Made by a program: the position numbers and the translations under genes | NCBI GenBank assembly: GCA_045612145.1 | Contig: JAZKYN010000136.1 | Location: forward strand, 1 to 63,871 | Direction: 5' to 3' | Source: Bacilli bacterium | Lineage (GTDB): Bacteria; Bacillota_I; Bacilli_A; ML615J-28; CAG-313 | Length of the DNA stretch: 63,871 bases | Notes under the pieces: generated by a model | The model's database searches: none | What the model was told of the DNA's origin: nothing | The model's input: the letters and a program-made list of their open reading frames with translations, nothing else | Shown here: piece after piece, positions 51,139-59,767 of the stretch | How positions within the stretch are numbered: the first letter of the stretch is position 1 | Layout of the letters: each line of letters begins with the position of its first letter

Positions 51139-52152
51139 CTATACAATTTTTTTCATATTTTTTGCAATATATTCAAGAAGTGGAATTACTTTATCATATT
51201 CCATTCTAGTTGGTCCAAAAACTGTTATTGCACCAACGCTTCCACTTGTTGTCTCGTATGGAACTGTTATAACAGAACAATCTCTCATAATTTTCATTTC
51301 ATTTTCTTGTCCAATTTTAATATTGATTCCCATACTATCAGATTTAACTATTCTTAATATATCACGTTTTTCAATTGCTTCAAGGAATGCTCTTACTTTA
51401 TTTGGATCTTTAAATTCAGGTTGTGATAATATATTATATTTACCACTTATATGAAATTTATCAGATACCATTTCTGTAAATGCATTAATAAAAGCATCAA
51501 CCAGTTGACTATGGTATTGTATATAATCACTAATTTCCTCATTTTGGATATCATTTAACAAATGATTTTTAATGTCACTTACTAAACAATTATGTAAAGC
51601 TCTATCTAAAACATTTATTGTTTTTTCAATTTCTCTTACACTTAATCCATAAGGTACCATAATCCTTTTACTTTCAACATGTCCTTGGTCAGTTACCATT
51701 AATATTACTGCGTAATTTTCTTTTAAAGAAATAAATTCAAGTTTTTTTACTCTTGAATTATATGCAGTTTTACCAAGAGCAATTGTTGCATAATTGGTAA
51801 GTTCTGTAACGAGTTCAACAGATTCAGTTATTGCTTCTTCTCTAGTGATAAATGGTCTATCAAATATTTTATCAATTAGAGGAAAATTAACTTCATCATT
51901 ATTCTTTCTCATTATTACTTCTTCAACATAAAGTCTATATCCTCTTTGTGAAGGAACTCTTCCACTTGAAGTATGCGTTTTTTCTAAATACCCCATTTCT
52001 TCAAGAAGTGCCATTTCATTTCTTAAGGTTGCACTTGAAAAATTAAGTTCTGGACGTTTACATAAAGCAAGAGATCCAACAGGTTCATTAGTTTTAACAT
52101 ACTCTTCAACAATAGCAACTAACACTAATCTTTGTCTTTCGCTTAACATCAA
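51139..52152 (-). CDS. hrcA: heat-inducible transcription repressor HrcA
   Basis: 337 aa with an N-terminal winged helix (LSERQRLVLVAIVEEYVKTNEPVGS). It is the first gene of the dnaK operon and is preceded by CIRCE. The start is probably ATG 52149, after GGAGGT, rather than TTG 52152. Confidence 0.93.
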   Translation of the reverse strand: MMLSERQRLVLVAIVEEYVKTNEPVGSLALCKRPELNFSSATLRNEMALLEEMGYLEKTHTSSGRVPSQRGYRLYVEEVIMRKNNDEVNFPLIDKIFDRPFITREEAITESVELVTELTNYATIALGKTAYNSRVKKLEFISLKENYAVILMVTDQGHVESKRIMVPYGLSVREIEKTINVLDRALHNCLVSDIKNHLLNDIQNEEISDYIQYHSQLVDAFINAFTEMVSDKFHISGKYNILSQPEFKDPNKVRAFLEAIEKRDILRIVKSDSMGINIKIGQENEMKIMRDCSVITVPYETTSGSVGAITVFGPTRMEYDKVIPLLEYIAKNMKKIV

Positions 52153-52162
52153 ATACCTCCTT

Positions 52163-52189
52163 TTAGCACTCTTTTATCTTATCTGCTAA
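52163..52189. promoter_or_regulatory. CIRCE-like operator, proximal, half-degenerate
   Basis: TTAGCACTC-N9-ATCTGCTAA against the consensus TTAGCACTC-N9-GAGTGCTAA. The left arm matches 9/9 and the right arm 6/9. It lies 2 nt from the hrcA Shine-Dalgarno sequence. Confidence 0.6.
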
Positions 52190-52206
52190 CATTATATCAC
52201 ACTATT

Positions 52207-52233
52207 TTAGCACTGTCAAGAGAAAAGTGCTAA
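52207..52233. promoter_or_regulatory. CIRCE operator, distal
   Basis: TTAGCACTG-N9-AAGTGCTAA, with 8/9 matches in each arm to the CIRCE consensus. Confidence 0.8.
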
Positions 52234-52274
52234 TTTATTATTATTTTATACAAAAAATATTTTTTTATACCTTA

Positions 52275-52307
52275 AAAAAGAAAAAAAGTAGAGTTTTACT
52301 CTACTTC
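52275..52307 (-). terminator. terminator of the upstream membrane-protein gene
   Basis: AGTAGAG-TTTTA-CTCTACT, with the stop codon (52296-52298) in the loop. A T7 run follows on the minus strand. Confidence 0.6.
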
Positions 52308-53093
52308 ACATCTTAAGCTTTTATTTTTATTTAAAATCATTTTAACAAAATAATAAATACCATAAACAACAACAGTTGTTAAATATATAATTACTATAAC
52401 CAAAAACGGATTTATTGAATCAGGAATAAAACCAAAAACAGGATCTTTTAAAAAAAACCAATTATACCCTGAATTAGTTGTAGAATATAACGCATTACCA
52501 AACGTTGCCCACAAAGCTACAAATAAAGTACATAAAGCTTCTTTATAGCATTTCTTAATAGAAAGTTTTTCTTCTTCCAATACCACATACAAACATCCAT
52601 AACCAAACACAGCACCATGATATGCAAAAAGTTGAAAAACAACATATGAAAAGGCAGATTGATCTGCATCTAGTGCAGTTCCTGGATAAATAAGCCACAT
52701 AAGCGGACCTGTACATGCAAGTAGCGCAAAAGAAGTTTTAAATTTATTTCCTATTTTTGTATATCTCGAAAATAAAATTAACGGGCATAAAACAGTACAA
52801 ATATGAAATGGAAATTTATCAATTATCATATTACCATTATTATCTAACGTTCCACCATTATAAAGAGGTTGTACAAAAAAATCACCTAAGTACAACAACG
52901 CTATAATTATAGCTGCAACATTTAGAATCTTATTTTTATCTTTTAAAACTTTTTTATAATATAAGATTGCTACAGCAGCAATTATCAGTAATATTACAAA
53001 AACATACAATATATGAGTCCAAGAAAACATTTCAATTTTGTTAAAATCATTTTCTGGTTTATGTCCAAAAATCTTTAAAAATAACTCTCTCAT
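52296..53093 (-). CDS. integral membrane protein, YwaF/TIGR02206-like
   Basis: 265 aa with about 7 predicted TM segments. The N-terminus (FSWTHILYVFVILLIIAAV) and overall layout resemble the YwaF family. Confidence 0.55.
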   Translation of the reverse strand: MRELFLKIFGHKPENDFNKIEMFSWTHILYVFVILLIIAAVAILYYKKVLKDKNKILNVAAIIIALLYLGDFFVQPLYNGGTLDNNGNMIIDKFPFHICTVLCPLILFSRYTKIGNKFKTSFALLACTGPLMWLIYPGTALDADQSAFSYVVFQLFAYHGAVFGYGCLYVVLEEEKLSIKKCYKEALCTLFVALWATFGNALYSTTNSGYNWFFLKDPVFGFIPDSINPFLVIVIIYLTTVVVYGIYYFVKMILNKNKSLRCEVE

Positions 53094-53246
53094 CTTATTC
53101 CTCTTTTCCTCGTGCTAAATAAAGAACCTTCTACCAATAATTTTTCTTTATTCAATATTTAATTTTATTTATTAAAATTTTATCATTTTCTTCATTTTAA
53201 GACAATATTTATTTTATCAAAATACATTTTTATACTATTAGAATGC

Positions 53247-53276
53247 AAAAGAAAAAGAGTAGAATTATCTACTCTT
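53247..53276 (-). terminator. terminator after the MBL hydrolase gene
   Basis: AAGAGTAGA-ATTA-TCTACTCTT hairpin just below the stop (53279-53281), followed on the minus strand by TTTTCTTTT. Confidence 0.65.
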
Positions 53277-53278
53277 TC

Positions 53279-53893
53279 TTATTTCATGTAAGGATTATAT
53301 TTTTGTTCATTAAATAGTGTTGTGCTATTTTCATGACCTGGGTATATTTTATAATCTATTTTCATTTTCTTCAACATATTCAGTGTATTCATTTGAACAG
53401 CTGAATTTCCTGTTGCAAGATCAGTTCTTCCAACTGACATATTAAATAATGTATCTCCAGAAAACATTAGCTCATCAATTATATAAACAACTGAACAATT
53501 TGTATGTCCAGGAGTAAATATAGTTTTTACTTTAATATTTTCTAGAGTGATAGATTGTCCATCATTTACAAAGATAAAATCTTCTTTTGTTACATCAGGT
53601 GTTTTAAAACATCCAAACATCTTAGCATACGATGTCTCAATATTCATAACTTTTTCATAAGCATTTTTATGTAAATAACATTTTACATTAAACTCTTTTA
53701 ACGTATCATCTAAATTTTTGAAATGATCAAAATGCCCATGTGTTAGGAAAACACCAAGAATTTTTTTATCTTTAACATATTTTTTTAAATATTTAATATC
53801 ACAAGCAGGATCAATTATAATAGCATTTATTCCATTAGAAACTAAATATGTATTTGCAAAATTATAGTTATCTTGTAAAACTTCTATTTGCAT
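53279..53893 (-). CDS. metallo-beta-lactamase fold hydrolase (YqgX-like)
   Basis: 204 aa with the THGHFDH metal motif, then TPGHT and a later GD...H. It overlaps the upstream kinase-like gene by 1 nt. Confidence 0.8.
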   Translation of the reverse strand: MQIEVLQDNYNFANTYLVSNGINAIIIDPACDIKYLKKYVKDKKILGVFLTHGHFDHFKNLDDTLKEFNVKCYLHKNAYEKVMNIETSYAKMFGCFKTPDVTKEDFIFVNDGQSITLENIKVKTIFTPGHTNCSVVYIIDELMFSGDTLFNMSVGRTDLATGNSAVQMNTLNMLKKMKIDYKIYPGHENSTTLFNEQKYNPYMK

Positions 53894-55239
53894 TATTTAG
53901 TTTTTGGAAGACTTGCTGCTGCAATTGATTGACCAACACGTCTTGTCCATTCATCTGGCATAGTGATTTCAACATCTTTATATTCAGGGAATTCATTATG
54001 TAAAACTTCAGTAGCTTTTTCAATAATGATGTCTCCACCTTTACCACTTGTTACACGTCCTAATAATAATAAGTATTTAATATCATAGAATTCAGCATAC
54101 CAAGCAATACTATAACCTAAATATGTACCAATGTTTTCATAAATTTCTTGTGCACGAGGATCATTTTCGGCCATTAATCCTTGAACAACTTTTAATTTTT
54201 CTGCAGGAGATAAAGTTTCATCAAGTTCGATTCCAGCAAAACCAGCAAGTTTGATAACACCATCTTGGCTGAAGTATTTAACACCACATCCGTAGTCTCC
54301 ACTCCATTCATCAACCATTGCACCTTGATTGTAGTCAACTGGTACGAATGCAAGTTCACTTAACCAACCATTTAAATTACCATCTTTATTAACGTAACCT
54401 ACAGCTTCACTAGTACCCATAGCGATACCTAAAACTTTACCACTCTTTAAGCTAATAGAACCAGCTAAAGCAGTAACGTCACCATCATTAGCAACAGTTA
54501 GAGGTACATCACCATATTCTTTTGCAGCACGAATGTACATATCACGTACTTCTGCATCAAATTTATCTTGAGGAACTTTAATGAATAATGATGCTACACG
54601 AACTTCATTATCAATATAGATACCAGCACTTGAAACACCAATTGCATCAACTCTAGGCATTTTTGATGCAGCTAGTCTAAAGCTATCTAAAATTCCTTCA
54701 TAATGATATTTTGGATCTTCATTTGTTTTAGGGAACCATACAACTTCTTTAGAGAAAATAACTTCACCATTAACAACAGCACTTACTTTTCTATCTGATC
54801 CACCAGCATCGAAACCGATTCTACAACCATCAAGATTACCACCAGCTGGTAAAGATGCTTCAATACTTGCAGGAACTTCTTCTAATGTGCAAGGAACAAC
54901 TTCAAATTTTTGATCATAAACTTTTTGCATGAAGTCAACGTCAAAATCTCTTTTTCCACCTAATGAGAATACTTCTTGCATTTTTTTACAGATGTAATCA
55001 TTTCCACCTAAATAAATTTTGAACCCACCAACAACCCAAAGAATACTCTTAATTACTCTTTCGATCATTTCATAGTTTTCTTCGTTATCACCAGGAAGAA
55101 CATTTAATTCATAACGATAACGATATCCATTTTGTCTTTCTACACAAATAGCAAATGGAACAGTAGCTTTTTCTTTGAATTTTCTTAATTCAACAATCAT
55201 TGGTCTAAATGATTTTTCAAGACTTGGTACATAATTCAT
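53893..55239 (-). CDS. ASKHA-fold (ROK/glucokinase-like) sugar kinase homolog with an N-terminal extension of about 130 aa
   Basis: 448 aa with the phosphate-1 motif RIGFDAGGSDRKV and later ANDGDVTALAG and GIAMGTSEAVGY. I saw no ROK CxCGxxGC zinc motif. Confidence 0.6.
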   Translation of the reverse strand: MNYVPSLEKSFRPMIVELRKFKEKATVPFAICVERQNGYRYRYELNVLPGDNEENYEMIERVIKSILWVVGGFKIYLGGNDYICKKMQEVFSLGGKRDFDVDFMQKVYDQKFEVVPCTLEEVPASIEASLPAGGNLDGCRIGFDAGGSDRKVSAVVNGEVIFSKEVVWFPKTNEDPKYHYEGILDSFRLAASKMPRVDAIGVSSAGIYIDNEVRVASLFIKVPQDKFDAEVRDMYIRAAKEYGDVPLTVANDGDVTALAGSISLKSGKVLGIAMGTSEAVGYVNKDGNLNGWLSELAFVPVDYNQGAMVDEWSGDYGCGVKYFSQDGVIKLAGFAGIELDETLSPAEKLKVVQGLMAENDPRAQEIYENIGTYLGYSIAWYAEFYDIKYLLLLGRVTSGKGGDIIIEKATEVLHNEFPEYKDVEITMPDEWTRRVGQSIAAASLPKTK

Positions 55240-55260
55240 ATTTCTTAAACCTCTTTCTTA

Positions 55261-55524
55261 TTATATGTCTTCTTTTCTTTTTTGCCTATTTTCAACTATA
55301 ATGACATCATTACCAATTTTAATAATATTATTCCAAGGAATTTGAATGACGTCTTTATTGTTAAACCAATTTAAAAATTTAAAACTACGATAAATATTTA
55401 CATTTAATATTTTACCTGTAGCAACATCAATCTCGGCATCCGCAATCTTCCCAAGGCGAGTGCCATCTTCATCATCAATTACATCTTTTGATGAAATTTC
55501 TGACAGTTTCATATTATCAACCAC
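55261..55524 (-). CDS. YlmC/YmxH family PRC-barrel protein (sporulation-associated)
   Basis: 87 aa. LSEISSKDVIDDEDGTRLGKIADAEIDVATGKILNVNIY matches the YlmC/YmxH pattern. Confidence 0.75.
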   Translation of the reverse strand: MVDNMKLSEISSKDVIDDEDGTRLGKIADAEIDVATGKILNVNIYRSFKFLNWFNNKDVIQIPWNNIIKIGNDVIIVENRQKRKEDI

Positions 55525-55569
55525 TTTCTTCTTATTATATGAAAGTAGCTACATAATTAGACAATTTTT

Positions 55570-55896
55570 TTATTCGATAAAAAGTATTGGATTATCTCCA
55601 TACATTCCATCTAAGTTATAACGATATCTTTCTTCACCAACAAATAAATGAACAACTACATCATTTAAGTCGATTAAATACCATAAAGAATCAGTTCCTG
55701 TTGAAAAACCCCTTACTGTAAGCCCAATAGTTTCTGCTTCTTTTTTTAAGTAGTTTACTGCCGCATTCCCTTGTCGTCCAGTATTTACACTACATATAAT
55801 ACTATAATCATAAAATGGTGTCAAATTTTTCATATCATAAACTTTAATATTTTTAACAACAGCCTTATTTAAAATCTCAATTACTTTATTATACAT
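55570..55896 (-). CDS. rsfS: ribosome silencing factor RsfS (iojap)
   Basis: 108 aa with the motif FYDYSIICSVNTGRQGNA...WYLIDLNDVVVHLF. It is located after yqeK, as in Bacillus. Confidence 0.85.
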   Translation of the reverse strand: MYNKVIEILNKAVVKNIKVYDMKNLTPFYDYSIICSVNTGRQGNAAVNYLKKEAETIGLTVRGFSTGTDSLWYLIDLNDVVVHLFVGEERYRYNLDGMYGDNPILFIE

Positions 55897-56500
55897 TATT
55901 TTTTCCTTTTTCTAAATAATATTCATATGTTTCAAAAGTTTTAACATATATACTTTTGTCTTCTTTATTTAAATATTCAATAGTATCCGATAATGTTTTA
56001 ACAAGAGCATCATCTAAATTCTTATAAGCAAGTTCTCTTGCGATAATCATTGATTCGCGTGTTCTTGTTACTTTTTCAACATAGTCACTTACAAAAATTA
56101 ACTTTTCAAGATTCGTCATATCTACTTTTCCAGTAGTATGATATTTTATTGCATTCAATATATCATCATCTAATATTTCAAATTTAGTTTTTGCAACATA
56201 TGAGCCAACAAAACTATGCCAAACAGTTGGATAATCTTTTAATTCTGGATATAAATTTGAAAATTCAGTTTTTAAAATTTCTTCCATTTCTTCTTTTGGC
56301 ATAAGTTTTGCAACATCATGTAATGCTGCAGAAATAAATACTTTATTTTCATCTAAATTTAAGTTTAACTTTTTATTAAGAGTAAGCGCCATTTCAATTA
56401 CGCCTAATGTATGAACATATCTTTTATGAATTTCACCATTAACTGTAAACTCTTCTAAAACCTTTTCGATTAAAATTTTTTTATTCACAAGAAGCCTCAT
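55889..56500 (-). CDS. yqeK: HD-domain protein YqeK (bis(5'-nucleosyl)-tetraphosphatase type)
   Basis: 203 aa with HTLGV ... AALHDVAK (the H...HD signature). It overlaps yqeH and rsfS. Confidence 0.8.
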   Translation of the reverse strand: MRLLVNKKILIEKVLEEFTVNGEIHKRYVHTLGVIEMALTLNKKLNLNLDENKVFISAALHDVAKLMPKEEMEEILKTEFSNLYPELKDYPTVWHSFVGSYVAKTKFEILDDDILNAIKYHTTGKVDMTNLEKLIFVSDYVEKVTRTRESMIIARELAYKNLDDALVKTLSDTIEYLNKEDKSIYVKTFETYEYYLEKGKNNV

Positions 56501-57635
56501 CGTCCATTACTTCAACTTGAATCATTTTAGGGACAGTTACATCAACAAATGCACCTTCAGTTACAAGATGAACAAATCCAATACCTGAAATAAACAAATT
56601 ACAACTTTTATTGATTTCAAATTTAATTGTTTTTTCTTCATTTAATCTTTCTGCTTCTTCTATTGTAAGCGGAGGAGTTAACATTTTCATGTATTGAGTA
56701 GTTTTAATATGTTCTTTTTGAATTGTTTTTGTTCTATGTAAATATAATTCATTTGAGACAAAGAAACTAGCATTAATTTTATTTTCACCATAAAAATCTA
56801 TTGAAGCAAGTCCACCTAAAAAGATAGTTTGATCTGGATTTAATTGGAACGTTCTTGGTTTAATATATTTTTTAACTGTTAGAATTTTAACAGATTCATT
56901 TTCTAAATAAGCACCATAATTTTTAGGATTAATAATCCCTGGAGTATCAATGATATAATTTTTTTGGTCAAGTGGCCATTTAATAAAATCTAAAGTTGTT
57001 TGGAACTGACTACTTGTTGTAATTACATCAGTTTGATGATTTAAATATAGTTTACCAATTTGATTCATTAATGTTGATTTACCAACACTTGCATGTCCTA
57101 CAACATAACAATTTCCAAAGCGTTCTTTAACAGGTTTCTTTGAATATTTGTTTTTTGGTGGATATTTAAGTTTTGTAATTTTTGCAATAATCTTTTTAAC
57201 AAATTCAGGATTATTAGCACTACCAAATAAAATTGATTCTACTTCTAATTTAGATTTTTTCGCAAGTCTTCTTACAAACATTTCTAAATTATGAAGTTTC
57301 ATTTTCTTAGGCATGACATCTATTTTATTAACAACAATGAATACTTTGTTTTTACCAATGTATTTATCTAAATCAGGAATAAAACCACCGATTAAATCCA
57401 TTACATCAATTATTAATAAAACAAGTGCTTCTTCATCTTTTATTACTTTTATTTTATCATAATAATCTGCTAAATTATTCTCAGGAACATATTTTAAATT
57501 ATGATGTCTAATTGCATAACATCTTTTACAATATACATTTTCGCCTCTTTCAATTAAAGCTACTTCTGGTAAATATCCTGGTTTATTTTGATCATTTGAT
57601 TGTATTTTAATTCCACAACCGATACATCTACTCAT
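56481..57635 (-). CDS. yqeH: ribosome biogenesis GTPase YqeH
   Basis: 384 aa with an N-terminal zinc finger (CIGCGIKIQ...CKRC) and a circularly permuted G domain (NKID, then GHASVGKST, then DTPG). Confidence 0.88.
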   Translation of the reverse strand: MSRCIGCGIKIQSNDQNKPGYLPEVALIERGENVYCKRCYAIRHHNLKYVPENNLADYYDKIKVIKDEEALVLLIIDVMDLIGGFIPDLDKYIGKNKVFIVVNKIDVMPKKMKLHNLEMFVRRLAKKSKLEVESILFGSANNPEFVKKIIAKITKLKYPPKNKYSKKPVKERFGNCYVVGHASVGKSTLMNQIGKLYLNHQTDVITTSSQFQTTLDFIKWPLDQKNYIIDTPGIINPKNYGAYLENESVKILTVKKYIKPRTFQLNPDQTIFLGGLASIDFYGENKINASFFVSNELYLHRTKTIQKEHIKTTQYMKMLTPPLTIEEAERLNEEKTIKFEINKSCNLFISGIGFVHLVTEGAFVDVTVPKMIQVEVMDDEASCE

Positions 57636-57645
57636 ATTTAATACC

Positions 57646-58185
57646 TCATTTTTTTATAAGTTCTAATACTTCATTTGCATTAGGTAATTGTTTTTTAACA
57701 AGTTTTTTTACTATATATTTTTCTCTTAATCTATTAATATTCGTATACCATTTTTGGCTACTTTTATCAATAGTTTTTACAAGAATTGATTCAATTCCAA
57801 CTCTATTTGCACATAAGATATCTGTTAATATTTGATCTCCCACAAATATAACTTCTTCTTTTTTAATATTATGTTTTTCTAAAAACTCTAAAGTTTTATT
57901 AGGAAATGGTTTACATGCTTTTAATAAAAATCCATCAATTATAAACTTTTCAGTAAATTTTGAAATTCTTGTACCTTTATTATTAGAAACAATATATACA
58001 TTAAAACCAATACTATATAACATATTTCTAAATTCAATATGTTTATTAGTTGGTTCTAATTCACTATATGTTGCTATTGTATTATCTAAATCAAATAGTA
58101 TAACTCTTTTTCCATTTGCATATAATGCATTAAAGTCAATGTTATAGATTGATTCATATACATATGTTGGTAAATATTTTTTCAA
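57646..58185 (-). CDS. yqeG: YqeG-family HAD phosphatase
   Basis: 179 aa with the HAD motif I FDLDNT and motif IV VGDQILTD. Confidence 0.85.
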   Translation of the reverse strand: MKKYLPTYVYESIYNIDFNALYANGKRVILFDLDNTIATYSELEPTNKHIEFRNMLYSIGFNVYIVSNNKGTRISKFTEKFIIDGFLLKACKPFPNKTLEFLEKHNIKKEEVIFVGDQILTDILCANRVGIESILVKTIDKSSQKWYTNINRLREKYIVKKLVKKQLPNANEVLELIKK

Positions 58186-58278
58186 AAAACCACATCCTAT
58201 TCCATTATAATTATACTAAATTTTTAAAATTTTGTCTATAATTAAGTATATGAATTAATTTTATTTGGAGGTATTTTT

Positions 58279-58950
58279 ATAGAACTTTTTACTTTTTTAA
58301 TTCTTCCTCTTCTTGGAGCTATCAATTCTCAAAATTTTCCCGATGTATTATCTAGTGAAGAAGAACAAAAATATTTAGAGTTATGGAAGAACAAAGACTT
58401 TGAAGCAAGAAACACATTAATTGAACACAATTTAAGATTAGTTGCTCATATTGTTAAAAAATACGAATCGACAAAACTTGATAAAGATGATTTATTATCA
58501 ATAGGTACATTTGGTTTAATAAAAGCAGTTGACACATTTAATTTTGATGCGGCAAACAAACTTTCTACTTATGCTGCAAGATGTATTGAAAACGAAATCT
58601 TAATGCATATTAGAAGCAATAAAAAAAGAAAAGATACAATTTCACTTTATAGCCCTATTGGCGAAGACAAAGAAGGAAATGAAATAAGTTTATGTGATAT
58701 TATTGAAGATCCATCTCCTTCTATAAGCGACTCTATAATTAAAGAAGAGCAAACAAATAAACTGTACGATGCTTTAAAAGTCTTAAACAAAAGAGAATAT
58801 GAAATAATTACAAGAAGATATGGATTAAACAATAGGGAAGTAGAAACTCAGCAAGATGTTGCAGACAGTTTAAAAATCAGTAGAAGTTATGTTTCTAGAA
58901 TTGAAAAACGTGCTCTTACAAAAATGTATTTATATTTAAAAGATGAATAA
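58279..58950 (+). CDS. sigK: sporulation-type sigma factor, SigK-like, with a short pro-sequence and no canonical start codon
   Basis: The frame is open from 58246. Translation from 58279 reads IELFTFLILPLLGAINSQNFPDVLSSEEEQKYLEL..IEHNLRLVAHIVKK..TYAARCIENEILMH..PIGEDKEGNEISL..ISRSYVSRIEKRAL. These blocks match B. subtilis SigK as I recall it. GGAGG lies at 58267-58271. The only in-frame codon at proper spacing is ATA (58279). The first in-frame ATG is at 58603. Confidence 0.75.
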   Translation: MELFTFLILPLLGAINSQNFPDVLSSEEEQKYLELWKNKDFEARNTLIEHNLRLVAHIVKKYESTKLDKDDLLSIGTFGLIKAVDTFNFDAANKLSTYAARCIENEILMHIRSNKKRKDTISLYSPIGEDKEGNEISLCDIIEDPSPSISDSIIKEEQTNKLYDALKVLNKREYEIITRRYGLNNREVETQQDVADSLKISRSYVSRIEKRALTKMYLYLKDE

Positions 58951-59008
58951 TAAATAAAACAATTGAATTTTTTAAGTTTTTTATGTATAATAACTATGAG
59001 GTGTGTTT

Positions 59009-59734
59009 ATGGAACGTTTTTCTAGAAGCATGTTAGTACTACCAGAAAATAGTATTAATACATTAAAAAATAAAAAAGTAGCAATATTTGGAATAGGTGG
59101 AGTAGGAAGTTTTACTTTAGAGACTTTAGCAAGAACCGGTATAGAAAACTTCGTAATTATCGATAACGATACCGTTTCTATCAGTAATATCAATAGACAA
59201 ATAATTGCAACAACATCTACTATTGATAAATATAAAGTTGATGTTGCAAAAGATAGATTGCTTGATATTAATCCAAATATTAATGTTCAAACATATAATA
59301 CTTTTGTTACAAAAGACAATATTAACGATTTTAATTATCGTGAATTTGATTATATTGTTGATGCAATTGATACAATTTCATCAAAAATATTACTGATTGA
59401 AAAAGCAAAAGAATTTAATATTCCTATCATTTCTTCTATGGGAACAGGAAATAAGTTAGATCCATTAAAGTTCCAAATTACTGATATTTCAAAAACAACA
59501 GTATGTCCTCTTGCGAAAGTAATGAGATACGAATTAAGAAAAAGAAACATTAAAAATGTTAAAGTATTATATTCTACTGAAGAACCAATTGATATTACAA
59601 ATCATCCGATTGAATTAGAACTTCTAAAAGAAAATCCACATAAACATCAAATTCCTGGCAGCATTGCTTTTGTACCAAGCGTTGCTGGAATATTAATTGC
59701 TAGAGAAGTAATATTAGATCTAATTAAATTATAA
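59009..59734 (+). CDS. tcdA: tRNA threonylcarbamoyladenosine dehydratase (ThiF/E1-like)
   Basis: About 241 aa with the Rossmann motif VAIFGIGGVGS and DNDTVSISNINRQ. The start is set at ATG 59009, after GAGGTG. Confidence 0.8.
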   Translation: MERFSRSMLVLPENSINTLKNKKVAIFGIGGVGSFTLETLARTGIENFVIIDNDTVSISNINRQIIATTSTIDKYKVDVAKDRLLDINPNINVQTYNTFVTKDNINDFNYREFDYIVDAIDTISSKILLIEKAKEFNIPIISSMGTGNKLDPLKFQITDISKTTVCPLAKVMRYELRKRNIKNVKVLYSTEEPIDITNHPIELELLKENPHKHQIPGSIAFVPSVAGILIAREVILDLIKL

Positions 59735-59767
59735 AAAATAAAAATAGCTTATTGATAATTCAATAAG

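Noticed and set aside
53094-53278. Structured RNA or riboswitch in other long intergenic regions (53094-53278, 11493-11703, 1-192, 63709-63871)
   Set aside because: All are nearly pure A/T with only terminator hairpins and promoter-like hexamers. None has the G/C-containing conserved cores of T-box, SAM, purine, FMN, TPP or glmS elements that I can recognise by eye.
58246-58950. A skin-like intervening element or split sigK gene
   Set aside because: Regions 2, 3 and 4 are contiguous in one open frame of normal sigma-factor length, with no recombinase gene nearby. The anomaly is limited to the start codon.
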